Below are positions 24,859-37,567 of a stretch of 64,000 nt of DNA, piece after piece (position 1 is the first letter of the stretch; the number at the start of each line of letters is the position of its first letter). Under the pieces are notes generated by a model that saw only the letters and a program-made list of their open reading frames with translations, was not told the origin of the DNA and ran no database searches. This stretch comes from Tilletiaria anomala UBC 951 (Eukaryota): assembly GCF_000711695.1 (NCBI RefSeq), contig NW_013547013.1:186001-250000 (forward strand), given 5' to 3'. The position numbers and the translations under genes are program-made.

Positions 24859-26944
24859 ATGGACACCAAAGAGTTAGAGCACACTAAGGCTGCCGAGGCG
24901 GCAAGTAGTCAGGACAGCATCCCTGTCATAGAGTCAACAGAGAGCGATGCTCCGCCACCACCGCCGGTCGCCTTAACGGAAGGCGCGATCGCAACTACGG
25001 ATGCGTACCGCAGCGAAAAGGAAAGACAGGTGGTGAGCGGCGAATACAGGCACCCCTTCCGCTGGTCGCCCCTCTGGGAGCTGGAGGTCATCAACCCCCT
25101 CAACCAGAAATCGTTTACCCTACCGCCCTTGCGTGTGACGTCGTCTTACTTTATTGCGTTTTGGATGTCAACCGTAAGTCTGTCGTTCGCGACCGCGGTA
25201 AATTTGCAAAGTCTTATACCTTCCATCCTTTCCCTTCCCCAGCTCGGCTTCTTCGTTGCTTTCCTCTCGTGGTTTGCCTTCTCACCGCTCATGCCCGAAA
25301 CGGTCAAATCAGACCTGAAGTTGACCTCGGCCCAGGTGGCCAACTCCAATATTGCAGCTTTAAGTGCCACCTTGCTCGTCCGTTTCGTTGCTGGCCCGCT
25401 TGTGGACCGCTTCGGACCGCTTCGGACCGCTTCGGACCGCTTCGGACCCCGAAAAGTGATGGTTGCCCTCCTCTTGCTTGGTGCCATCCCATCCGGTCTG
25501 GCTGGTACAGCACACAATGCTGACTCTCTTTACGCTGTGCGGGTTTTCATTTCGATTCTCGGTGGCACCTTTGCTCCTTGTACGTGATCTAGGACTGGAA
25601 AAATCCGCCTCGCGCTTTCCTGACTGCCTTCCATTACTCTTTGCTTGTAGGTCAAGCGTGGACGACAGCCTGGTTCGACAAAGCTGTCGTCGGCTCTGCG
25701 AACGCACTTGCTGGAGGCTGGGGGAACATGGGAGGCGGCGTGACCGTGAGTAATCGCAATCAAGAATGCAGCACAACGAGTTTGTTGATTTTCGCGTCAC
25801 TATCTATACATCGACGCACAGTTTGCGACTCAGACGGGACTCTTCGAGCGCCTCCTTCATGATGGTCTTTCGCAACACGTCGGGTGGCGCATCTGCTTCG
25901 TCATTGTCCCGGTTCCGATATTGCTGTTCACAGCTGGGCTCATGCTCCTCATCGCCCGTGGCCATCCCATGGGTCGCTGGGCCAACCGTCATGAGACGCC
26001 AGCCACCGCGGGTGCCGTGCTGATGGGCGAGGACATTAACATCGATGCGGACGAGAGGCGGGCGACGGAGAAGCGTGGCCCCGCAAAAAGCCACAGCGAA
26101 AAGGCCGTCAGGGCTATGATCGAGCCAAATAATCCAAGCTCATTGAAACCCAACGATGTTGCTGTCAATGAACCGCTCACCAAGAGCATCTTGATATCCG
26201 TTGTGACCGACCCGCGAACCTGGATGCTTAGTCTGTCTTACGCTTCGACTTTCGGCTTTGAGCTGGCACTGGATGCAAGCCTTGCAAACAGCTTGTGAGT
26301 TTCCTGCATTGCATGGACGATCGAGACCCCACAGTCTAACGTGTAAACGGACCTGCCTGCATGTTCGGGTTGTTCAAGAGTAAGACATTCCAGCAGCTCG
26401 ACGCCAGATACCTCGCCTCTATCTATGGTCTGCTGAACATCTGCATGCGCTTCCTGGGCGGCCTCGGCGCCAACATTCTCTACGCACGATTCGGCATCAC
26501 CGCCAAGAAGTACTAGGTGCTCAGTTTGTCAACTCTGCAAGGTCTCTTCGCCATCAGCTTAGGTGTGCTGATCGACTATGGCTCCATCACCGTCGGCAAG
26601 TTCATGGGCTTCGTCTTCATGCTTTCGTTTTCGGGCTTTTCAGCAAACGGAGCGAAGTACGCGCTGGTGCCGCACATTTCTTCGCGTTCCAATGGTCTCA
26701 TGGCCGGTATCGTCGGTGGAATGGGCAACCTAGGCGGCATCCTCTAGTGCGTTGAGAGAGGAGTGCGCCATCTCAAAATATAGAAGCTAACCATCTCTTC
26801 TTGTCCCTTTCTTTCTCGTCACACAGCTCGCTCATCTTCCGATTCCAGCCGGCGCCGTACGGCAAGCCGTACTGGATCTCTGGCATCTTCTGCACCGGTC
26901 TGAACCTCTTCCTGCTCACCATCCCGCTCGGCGATGCTGCATAG
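24859..26944 (+). pseudogene. NRT2: High-affinity nitrate transporter NRT2/NrtA (MFS, nitrate/nitrite porter family), disabled
   Basis: Motifs: FFVAFLSWFAFSPL, GPLVDRFGP, nitrate signature ANALAGGWGNMGGG, TFGFELA, GIVGGMGNLGG. Lesions: TAG 26514-26516 at a likely Trp; intron 26295-26362 ends in AT, not AG; 30-nt repeat expansion in MFS motif A. Confidence 0.88.
25404..25448 (+). repeat. 10-bp tandem repeat (GGACCGCTTC), 4.5 copies, inside the NRT2 coding sequence
   Basis: Read directly: four perfect copies at 25404-25443 followed by GGACC. Confidence 0.95.
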
Positions 26945-27901
26945 AGAGAGGCAGAGCGGAGCAGGAGCTGACAGGCATTCACTTATCCATATACCTAGAT
27001 GGCACACGCAGGGAGATCCACTAGTCGCCGTACTAACGCATGCAACTTTCATGTACCGTCACACCATACCGTAACTACATATCACGTTTAAGTTGCTCGC
27101 TAATCTCCATCCACCCCGTTCCCCATGCTTCATCCAAAGCACAAGGAGCCAGCGTTAGAGTTCCCGGTTGGTGCAACGCTGCATGCTCAACCGACGAGAT
27201 GATATGCGTTATTGGTGGCCGTAGGGTGCATCTCCCTATACAACCACCTGGATGATGTCATGGAATTAGTTCTGCTGATCTCTCAAATCTTTTGTCTTTG
27301 CTAGACCATTGAGGAGTTCGGACAGCGATTAGATTTACGATACTATCCAACGGGCCTCTCTTGCGGGAAGAGTCTGATAGGCCTCATTGAGAGCTTCGTC
27401 AGTCCCTGCGCGACGCTCTAAAAGCCTTCTGGCCTAGCCTAGCTTCATCAAGGTGAGAGAAATTCGGGTGTGTAACTCATCATCGTTTTCGGTTGTCATA
27501 TTACGTAATGAGGCTTACTGGCTCTCCCGCCCGCGTCATCCCAGCGCGTGTGCAGTGATGCACATACACGCTGACCACTGTGCGTTGCTGCCCCCGACCG
27601 CAGGCGGCTCCATCAACAAGCAGCAAGCGTCGAGGTAGACTACATAGGAGGCACGGCCCACCATCGTGCATACGTTTTGTTTTAATTGCAACCGCGTACG
27701 GGCGCTGGTGACTGCCCACACTGATGTCGCATTGGAAGAACATGCGCATCCTCGCTTGACGGATCATCGGGTGTCTCATGGCTCCGGTGCAACATAAGCA
27801 CCGCCTGACATCGAGCAGCAGCAGGCCTCTAGTTCAAGGTCCAAGCGCAGGGCGCACTGTTCGTTGGCGAACTGCGAAGCTGCGGCAAACCGGCCAACAT
27901 A

Positions 27902-30900
27902 ATGACTAACGCTAATGGTCTTCATGCCCGCAGCTCCGCCGCTGACGCCCAGGCCGAACAGAGTTCTCGGCTGGGCGCAGACACTTTGAGTCCCTTTCAG
28001 AGCAGCAGTTTGAATCCCTCCAGCCATCGACCGCGCAGCATTCGCAGCGTACACCGCAGCAGCTCAGCACTTTCTGGCACTTCGAACACCTCAGCCTACG
28101 CCTACTCTTCGTCGCCGTCTCATCTTTCCATTCGCTCTTTTTCCGGCTCGCGCCCTTCACCCGTGAGCAGCACGGCTGGCGCGTCGTCCTCGAAGGTGGC
28201 CCCTGCGCTCCTGATGGACAATGCTGTGGGCCCTTCACGAGAAGAGTGTGGAATTTTTGCTTCTCATGCGTATCACCTCAGCCCGGAGAGCTTGCCGGAT
28301 CATTCCAGTGCTGCCGAAAGCAGACTGAGAAAGATGGCTAGCAATTCAACGCTTAAGGGAGAGACAAGGGCAGACAGCGGCCTCGCTAGGTCACGTCCCA
28401 CATCAGTTTATGAAGTCTCCCGACCGGCAAAAACTCCTCGAACGGAGCAGGCGGATGGACGCCTAGGTTCTCCATCTGATCTACCCTTTCACTCGGCTCC
28501 TCAAAAGGAGCAAGCCGATACGCAAAGGCAGGGGATTCATACCAAGGAGAAAGGTCTGGTGGCGGGGCCAAGGGAATGCAAAGATTCTACAGCTGCCAGT
28601 AAGGCGAGGCGGAAGACGTGGTTCGGGCTAGGCAGCGTGGTACTCGAAGAGAGCGGGCCAGCAGTGGAAGCAATCACGGAAGGGGTCAAAGCTGACTCCT
28701 CAGCCGGATTTCATGAAGGAGCCTGGATTGCGGATCGGGCTTGCAGTACGCCCGGCCTGCCGGAAGCAAGTGGGACAACAAGCGCGTCAACAGTGGACAT
28801 GCTGCATTCTGTCGCTGTACACCCAGTAAATTCGCGATTGCGCTTGCTTTGGAACGAAAATGGCTCGAATGGGGACACACCACAAACAAATTCCGCAGCC
28901 ACCGGAGAAGAGCATATTGCACCGTCTGAGGTTCCAGCAGCACCTACCACATCGCGTCTGTGGACTTTATGGAGAGGGCAGGCGACCAATGCTCAGACTC
29001 GGCACATAGGCGATGCGTACGCAGCGGAGCCGGAGATGATGGATCTCAGCGAGGACGTTGAAATGCCTCAAGAGGCCTCTCACACAACGCCGGGCCATGC
29101 CCAGGGCCACAGCGACAGTCCAGCTCATTATACATCTCTGCAAGCAAATGGGCAAGGCCAGCGACATGCGCGCGATGTCACAGGCGCAAAAGTCGGCTTA
29201 TACATCATCAGCTGGATCCCGTATCTAGGTCGCTCATCAGCCGAGAACGATACTGGAAATCAAGCTCGTGTTCAAGGGCAAGAACAGTTTGACGCAGCCA
29301 CGGTCGAACGCGTGCCAAAAGCGTCACTTCCTTCGATGACGCCGGCTGAGGAGGTCAAATTCGAAGCACTCGCGCGCATGCAGGGCGTGGGGATTCAGTC
29401 CTCGTCGGCCGCGCAAAAGGATGTGGTCGCAAAAAAGGTGGAGAACGCGATCAGCACTGCGGCAGCTGTTCGATCCGCAGCGAGCGACATTCGCGACAGC
29501 GCTGCTGTTATCAACGGGCAGACGAAGGCTAGTTGGGTTTCCTTCTTTTCCGGTCGAAGGTGAGCAAATGTTTTGAAAAATGCACTTAATCTTAATCCAC
29601 TGACAGTTCCTCCTTTTCCCTCTTTCTCCTTTTGGTCAGTGCAAACCCTGCCCGTCATGGACAAGGGCCTGCTGTCGAACAGGAACCAGAAGCAATGGAC
29701 CTGGATGATGCAGCGCCTACGTCCAAGAATGCCCATCGACGCGATGATGTAGCATCGGTGCCTCAGGTCTCAGCAAGCGCACAGCGCTCCCTGCAGGGAG
29801 ATGCAACATTAACGACGCAAGCGGCACCAACCGCTGCAGCTGCCGCTAGCAAGGCTGTTTCTTCGCAATCGGCCGGTGGAAGCACCCTGCGCACCATCGC
29901 GTCGTTGACAAAGATTCGTGGCACCAGCTCAGCGTCAAACAGCCCTCAGCTGCAGGGTACAGCTTTCCTGGTAGCGCATGACACACCTGTTGCGCTCAAC
30001 GTGTCAAAAGCGGATTCAGAGCCGCCAAATTCAAGGCCTGCTGCACCCTTGGAAAGTAATTCTACCAAAGTCCTCCAACATGTCAAGAAAACCAGTACGC
30101 AGCGCCCGAATGGCCCCAATCTTGTTGTGCCTTCTTTTGAGGACACGTTTGGTCGGCCGCCGCGTTCTTTGCCGCCGCGCATTGGCGTGCTGGAGCGCAC
30201 GCTCTCTACTGTTAACAGCTACTTGTTCTCCAAAGTCCCTGACTTTGATCGCATGGGTCGACCCACCGTCGGCGTGCGCGGGCTCTCGTCAGAAGAGGAC
30301 GCGGCCAGCCGCTTGCCCAAAGCGTGGGCAGCAATGGACGACAAGAGACGAGCGTCGAACAAGGCTTACGGGAAGATTGCCAAGGTGTGCGTCATTGGCG
30401 TACATGGCTGGTTCACGCAGGGCCTACTCAAGACGGTCATGGGCGAGCCTACAGGTACTTCGATCAAGTTTGCTTCGATGATGGCGGATGCTGTGCGGAA
30501 ACATTTCAAAGACGCAGGCAAGGACCTCAACCCCGAGGCCGTCACGGTTATCCCGCTGCAGGGGGATGGCAAGGTCAAAGACCGCGTGGATAAGCTCTTC
30601 TCAGGTCTTTTGGCGAATAAGACCTGGTTAGACGATCTCCAGTCGGCCGACGCACTCTTTGTTGCCGCTCATTCTCAAGGTGCAGTCGTCTCTGCGCACC
30701 TTTTGGCTCGCCTCATCGAACAGAAGCACGTTTCAACAGCACGCACGAGTACCTGTTTACTCGCTATGTGCGGCATTCACAATGGCCCCTTTACGCATCT
30801 TCAAAGCAGCCTTACCTCTTCGTACCTGCATTATTTCGAGACTGCTGCTGCCAAGGAGCTGTTCGAGTTTCAGTCCTCCAAGACGGCCGCATCGCAGCAG

Positions 30901-31584
30901 TACGCCGCTTCACTTCAAATCTGTCTGTCTGCTGGTGTTAAGACTCTCTATGTCGGCTCGGTCGACGACCAAGTCGTGCCGCTCTACAGCGCGCTGAACA
31001 CCACTGTATCGCATCCCAACATCTTGCGTGCTCTCTATGTTGACGGACAAGCGTTCCCGCGGACGGACTTCCTCGTCAACCTCCTGACATTTTGCGTCGC
31101 CGTGCGCAATGCTGGCTCCACCGATCACAGCTTGCTTACTCTTTTAAGCTCCTCGGTTGCTGGGTCGCTGTATGGCGGCCTTGGCCACTCCCTCATCTAC
31201 GAAGAGCCGGCGACGTACGCACTGGCCGTGCGTTACCTGTTCGAGGTCACAAGCCCACTCACAGAGCCAACGATACGGTCCACCGAGGAGAAGTTGCCCG
31301 CAGTCGAGATCGAGCCGTTCGAAGCACAGCATTGGAACCCGTACCAACTCCCGTGGGCATTGCGAGGGTTGTTGGAAGATCTGCGCGTGAGGGACCTGTT
31401 TGGAGATCACATTGTCAAGCTTATCGACGACTATGAGCAGTGGAAACCAGTCACCAAGGTTCTCAAAGACGTGCAATTCAGGCTCCAGCCCATGACCGGC
31501 ATCAAGAAGCCCGTCCTTCCTGTGCCGCGAGCGAGTTCTTCTTCGGATACGAAAACGATTACAAAAACAGCACCCCGTCTTTGA
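27902..31584 (+). CDS. YML020W-like alpha/beta-hydrolase-fold protein with a long low-complexity N-terminus; intron 29560-29639
   Basis: C-terminal domain motifs: VIGVHGWF, GEPTGTSIKFA, nucleophile elbow AHSQG, DDQVVPLYSA, HPNILRALYVDG, GHSLIYEE, NPYQLPWALRGL. The two long ORFs join in frame across a GT-AG intron. Confidence 0.75.
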
Positions 31585-31680
31585 TCCATTCAGCGATTCA
31601 TTCTGTAGTGGTTAGATGTTGTAGCATACATGGAGACCTTCGGTCCACTATAGAATACAGTGTATAATTGCATTTCTGCC

Positions 31681-32890
31681 TCAAAGCTCAGTTTTTTCGG
31701 TTGGCCGATGAAACTTCCCCTTCTGTGCTCTATTGGCGACCGCGTGCTTGATATTCAAAGGCGATCTGGATGAAGCCGGTACTTCTGGTCCTTCTTGATC
31801 TCCGGCTTGCTGCTCTGCTGCGTTCTGTCGAGTGCTGCTGTCCTCGGTCGGCTCGTCTGCCGCCGGCGTCGCGAAGATCTGCGAAGATACGGATGCGATG
31901 GAGCTGCTGGCTGCAGTCACGGCTGCCGCTGCCGCAGTGGCGATGCTTTGGGATAGCATCGTCGACGATGCTGAAGCTGCGGCCGACATCGCCCTGGCGC
32001 TCTCTTGCGCCGCCTCCTTCGCTAGCTTCAAAGACACTGCAACCTCTTCCCGCGAGCGTCCTCGCAAACCAAAGGCACGGAAGAGGAAGCCAAAGAGCGT
32101 CGCCCCTCGATCCCATACGCGCACCTTGAGGATGTATACCACGCAAAAGAGGAAGAAGAGCATGCTGCCCATGACCATCAGCCTGTCGTGTAAGTCTTGC
32201 CGCTCCATGCTCTTGATCAATCGCGTGGATGACTTAATCAGTGAAGAGAAAGATGAGTATTCAAGAGATATCGTGCGGAGTGCTGAAGATGATTCATCCA
32301 GCATTTGCGCGCTGAAGGTCGATTTTTCGAGCTCTTGCGACATGAGAGCGACTGTCCGTCTCAGAGCATCTGAGACGTCTTCCGAAGCTGTTTGGAGCCT
32401 ATCATCTCCACTGTAGCAAATGTTCAAAGGTTCAGAGCTGACAACCAGCAGTCAGAGCTATTTTAGGATGCGTGGCTCACGATCGATCTGTGAGGCGGCT
32501 AGCCTTTTTGTCCATTCGGTCCAACGAGAGCTCCGCTCGTAAAGCAGCCTCGTTCCTTGCAGAAATTCCTCTCCTGGCTCCTAGTAACGCGGCTCTAGAC
32601 TCCTGCCTCGCTTTGGAAAGCTCCTCAGAAGCCTTCTCAACCTCGACGAGAACGGCGTGAACCTCCTCCACGCGATCATAATCATCACTCGCGAGCCTGA
32701 GCGCCTTGAGTCTGGCCTCTACATCTGCGAATGCCTCGTTCAGCTCTGATTCGTAGCCCTGCAGGAGGGGAACCGATGTTGCGCTGCACAATCGGTCTAG
32801 CTGATAGTGTCGAATGTCATGCAGCCGCCGATGGAAGGCTGCAAAGTCGGGCGCAATGTCGCCAGGTAAGTAGGTATAAAAGTTGGACAT
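31681..32890 (-). CDS. SEC20: Sec20 SNARE (Golgi-to-ER retrograde transport)
   Basis: Sec20-type segment ASEDVSDALRRTVALMSQELEKSTFSAQMLDESSSALR...LIKSMERQDLHDRL, then a TM helix (MVMGSMLFFLFCVVYIL) and a C-terminal KTEL (HDEL-like). One intron near 32412-32480. Confidence 0.85.
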
Positions 32891-33547
32891 TGTCGCAACG
32901 TGCGGGAGCGCAGCCAAGAACAATTAATGCGCGTTCACGCGTCCCGGGAAGATATAGGTGAAGGCTTGTCGATAGTAAGCTAAATACGGGCTGCGAATAA
33001 TTTTTTGCTTGGTCGACAAGTCCAAGTTACGTTGTACTCTCTTGACAGGGTGGGCCTGGTGAGACTTCGACAGGAATGAGGGCGAACTCGAGGATAAGAC
33101 GGCGATGGATGTTACCTGCTGGCCAGGCATTCGGAGGGTGAAAAAGAAATAAAAAGATGACATGGCAAAAGAAAAAACAAAAAGTGTGGTGAATCCAAAG
33201 CAAAGGTCTAGAAAACCATCGGCGAAGAATAATGTTCAACCCAGAGAGTACGACATCCCCTTGGACATAAGAGCCCTTTTGTTGCACCCTCTCGACTTGG
33301 AAGTTGCAACTGGAGAGCATCGAGCCTGACGTAAGGATTCGCATCCTCAACGAACGCTCTGCTGCTGACCGGCGCAGAATCGATGCCAGGTCGTTTGCTC
33401 GCCTCTGTCACAAATTTTTTGCTTCGACGCACAGGAATTACTTCGTTTTCTGGTGCCTGGGCGGTTGCTTACTCACCAACGCACTTATTCCCCGTCACAA
33501 CGGGCGGCTTCCATTCCACAAGCTCACCCAGCAATCCTTTTTCAGCT

Positions 33548-35510
33548 ATGACCGGCTTCGAGCCCCTGGTGAAGCCAAACGATGGCAAGCGCCGGGCCTC
33601 ACGATCTCTGTCTCCGGCCGGTGCCGTCGAGGAGGCCTCCCATGCTGCTCACCCTTGCGCGCCTCGTGGTGCCTACGCTGAGGCTTCAACTTCCAAGCAG
33701 CAACTACATACACAACAGCCAGACAAAAAGAAACGCAAGATGGAAGCACAGGCGCTGAAGCGCTTACGAAAGGATGCTGCGGAGAAAATCGCCAAGTTCG
33801 GCGAGGACCCCATCTTCTACGAGGCCCAGGACCTTTTGGGTGAAAGCACGGTGCAAGCGATTCTGGAAGCAGGAAAAGAATTTGAAAGAAAATTTGAGCG
33901 CGGAGAAGAATTAGTTGTTGATGTGAAGGCTCTCGGAGCAGGTGGGCATGGCCTGGCGGTCGCGCCAACAAACGATTGGATCATCTCAGTGCCTAAGGCA
34001 CTGCCAGGAGAACGTGTCAGGGTCACAATTCAATCTAACGACCGTGAGTATGCACACTAGCCTATTTCTTTGGAAGTCTGCTCATACTGTTTGAGCTCTT
34101 CAATCAGGCCTCTTCTCAAAGGCAAGGGTGGTCCACTTCGATTCCAAGTCCTCAGAGTTACGGACAGCGGAGCCATTCTGTCGCTATTTCGACCAATGCG
34201 GCGGCTGCCAGTACCAGGTGCGTTTGTGCATCACCCAAGTATGTTCTCATTTTCTAAACAGCGGTGCCTTCACAGAATATGGCATATCCCGTACAACTCG
34301 AGCTCAAACAACGGGTTGTCCAGAACGCATTCAAGCATTATTCAGGTTTGGATCCTTCTGTGCTTCCTGCGATTGGACCAACCATGCCGTCACCGAAACA
34401 GCGAGCATACCGCACCAAGCTCACGCCTCACTTCAACCTGCCGCCAGAAGCGCGGCAGTACAGACGGACATTAGGATTCCGTCGTGGCAACCGGAAGCGG
34501 GACGAGAGTTTGGACGAGGGCGGCCCACTGCCTGTGAAGCCTTCGGTTGAGGTTGCTATCGGGTTTGATGGGCAAGACGGCAAAGTGATGGACATTGAAG
34601 AGTGCCCCATCGGGACAGAGACTATTAACAAGGCTCTTCCGGAACATCGTCAGCGGATCAAGGAGTACGTTTTGCGGCCTCTGTTATAAGGCAAAACGTA
34701 TCTGAATGCTCACCGAATTCTGCCACTCACAGCACGATCTTCGATTTCCCGAATGGTGCGACGCTATTGCTTCGAGACTCATTATCATCGTTCGACTCGC
34801 CCGAAAGTCCCTGTGTGGCGATCACCGATCACAAAGCAACGGTGAAGGAGATGGTTGAAAATATAAAATTCGAGTCTCCCGCCGGCGCATTCTTCCAGAA
34901 CAATCGCTCTATACTGCCAGATCTTCTTGGATACGTCCGAGACGAGATTATCGCATCGCGTGCGCATGATGCTACCGATGCGAACGGCGCTGTCAAGCAC
35001 TACCTTGTCGATGCATATTGTGGCTCTGGCCTGTTCTCACTCTGCCTCGCACACCTGTTTGACCAAGTCGCTGGTGTCGAGCTCAGCTCGGAGTCCATCA
35101 AATGTGCCCAGACCAATGCCGAGCTGAACGGCATCAAGAATGCGAAATTTCTCGCAGGGAACGCAGAGAATATCTTCGGTACAATCGACTACGAGCCCCA
35201 GCAGACAACGGTGATCATCGATCCGCCTAGACGAGGGTGCGACGACGCCTTCATCGAGCAACTTGTAAAGCTCGCGCCGAGGAACGTTGTATATGTCTCC
35301 TGCAATGTGCACACGCAAGCAAGAGACGTAGGGTCGATCTTGACGAAGGATCCAGCTTACAATGTTCTCAGTATCCGAGGTGCAGATCTTTTCCCTCAAA
35401 CCAAGTGAGCTTACCGTCAGGATGCGAAGTATTGGCTTTGTTCTTTGTCGCTGACTCTTCAAAACGCTTGCAGCCACGTCGAAGGTATTTGCGTGCTCAG
35501 GCGGGATTAA
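33548..35510 (+). CDS. TRM2: tRNA (uracil-54-C5)-methyltransferase, TrmA/RumA family; multi-exon
   Basis: TRAM-like VPKALPGERVRV, CRYFDQCGGCQYQ, YRTKLTPHF, FFQNN, DAYCGSGLF, IIDPPRRGC, YVSCNVHTQARD, DLFPQT|HVE. Confidence 0.92.
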
Positions 35511-36793
35511 TTTTGCGCAAGCTTGCAAATGTATGGCCCGCACACTACGCAGAATGAATATGCCTGCCTAGAATAGTCAGTTACCAATTCCGTTGCACTC
35601 GTCTGTTTACATTGCTCGAAATGAACCACGGTGACGAGTATTCTGCCGCATCAATACCTCGGATGAATGGGCTCTGATTGAAAGTATGAATGCAAAGAAA
35701 ACAACATTTGAGGAGGTTACTAAAGAGTGCGGCGCTGGACTATATTGATTGCTATGCGTGCCTTGCGCCACACGTGGTACTTCAAGACCAATTCAACGAG
35801 TCTTCCGGTGTGCCTTGCGTACAAGGTAGTCAGTTGCTTTACCATGAGCCCATTGCTTGCTCGCGCCATGGACTTGGTGGTGCATGTGAGGGAGGTTGCA
35901 AGGCAAGTACACATCATGGGCCTACAGCAGAGACATGCGTATCATCCCTTAGAGGCAGCTCGCGATTCCCCCAAAGCAAAATGCACGTTCATCGTACTCA
36001 CATATGTGGGGACGTAGTTGTGTCCCTTGACATCGGCTTTCAGATTTGAGAGCCGGAAATTGGGAGGCAGCGGACCAAGATCCACTTGGGTTGCACCACC
36101 TTCCATTGCTGTCCTCTCCTTCGGGATAATGACGCGTTGATTCAGAGTGTGGATGCACTTGACCATCTTGCGTTTGGCTGCCTTGGCTCTGATCATTGGA
36201 TGTTCTCTGCGAAGGGGATTCTGGTTGATTTCAGCCGCGAAGGAAGCTGCATAAATAAAATAAGCATTCTGATAGTTTCGCGAGGGTTCGATCCATCTGC
36301 CTTCACTCGATGCCAACGAGGCAAGAGCTGTGATATTCCGCTACTGAGGATGAGGTCAGCTGGGGATACGTCAGTCGAGTCATGCAATGACGGCTACCCG
36401 CTGGCCAGTAAAATTGATCAGCTGAGCTAGCCGCATTCGCGTTGCTGCTGCTGCTAGCAATCGAGCAGTATCCACGGAAGATCATAGGTCGGTCAAGTCA
36501 CGCAGCGCCGAAGGTTCAATGAAGGGTATCTGTAGAAAGGCTATGTATGGTATGCACGTAGTTATATGTACGTAATATTCTCAAGCACGTCTCAACAATG
36601 CGCTACATGGGACTCAGGAGGCACAACCGGCGACGCGACGCGTTGCATAAATAATAATTACAAGCTTTCGCGATCCTGCTTGGTGGTGTTGTTCTTTCTT
36701 CCTTTCCATCTCACGCTTCCCATCCCACCATCTTGCTTTCCTTGCGAGTTCAAGGGCAGATCCTTACATTGGCTACACACGGAAGGCTATAAT

Positions 36794-37567
36794 ATGGCAC
36801 CGCGTGACTCGTATGTGGCGTATGGCCCGCGACCCACCTCATCATTCACGACGTCGGCTGGATACCATAATTACCTGAATGCCGGACAGCTGTCAAACAT
36901 CTCGCACTGCATCCAAGCGGTCTCGCTAGCATGTGCACATCTGGAAGATATGAATGCCTTCATGGGGCATATGATCGCGCCATACGAGCGCCTCTCAGTG
37001 GTTTTGTCCAACAAACGTCATTTTGACCTCGTCAGCGAGACAGAGATTACAAAAGCACGAGACCACCTCAGCAGTGAAATTGCACCGCAGCTGACCGAGC
37101 TTATGGACAAAGCCAAGGAGAGTTTAGAGAAGGAGGAGAGGCAGATGAAGGCGCTACGAAACAAGGTGTGTCTTGCTAAGTCACTTGCCCTGCGGAAGCG
37201 GCCGATCCGTGTCGCTGAAGCTGTCCATCCACATGCTCTCTGTGGCGCTCTACAGACGCTGCAACAACAGGCGCAGCTCGAAGAAATGGGCATCAAGCTC
37301 GAACCCCCCGCTCCTCCTGCAACCGCAGTGCCAGCAGAGGGCACGCCAGAAGCTGCTGCAGCTGTCAAGGCAGCGGAACGCGAGCTCCAGGCGCTCAAGA
37401 AGCAGGTTGCCAGCCTCAGAAGGAAAAGAGAGCTGTTGTCCAAGAGCGTTGAGAAGCTCGAAAGTGACGTAGACCGATCTGTGAGTTTGGAAGGCCCTGC
37501 GCAAGCAGCCTAGAAAGCGCATCATTCGCTAAATTTGTTGCGCCCTCAGGAAAAGCAATCGAGATAG
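36794..37567 (+). CDS. SPC19: DASH/Dam1 kinetochore complex subunit Spc19
   Basis: ISHCIQAVSLAC...RLSVVLSNKRHFDLVSETEITKARDHLSSEIAPQLTELMDKA followed by a coiled coil. Intron 37166-37255; a probable final intron 37481-37549 (otherwise the stop is at 37513). Confidence 0.75.

Noticed and set aside
25404..25448. CRISPR-like reading of the short repeats (also 18298-18347)
   Set aside because: These are head-to-tail tandem copies with no spacers, in eukaryotic DNA, with no cas genes.
26745..26747. Apparent premature TAG in NRT2 after GNLGGIL
   Set aside because: TA|GTGCGT is an intron donor. Splicing to the acceptor near 26825 gives TAC (Tyr) and the frame continues to the stop at 26944.
14757..26944. 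Programmed recoding (stop readthrough, A-to-I editing, ribosomal frameshifting) keeping the nitrate cluster functional
   Set aside because: Editing could repair only the TAG-for-Trp site. TAA stops, multiple frameshifts, lost splice sites and missing Fe-S ligands together are far more simply explained by decay.
36239..36305. tRNA-like element around GGTTCGATCC
   Set aside because: It has a B-box-like core only. The T-stem is imperfect and there is no D-arm or anticodon arm.
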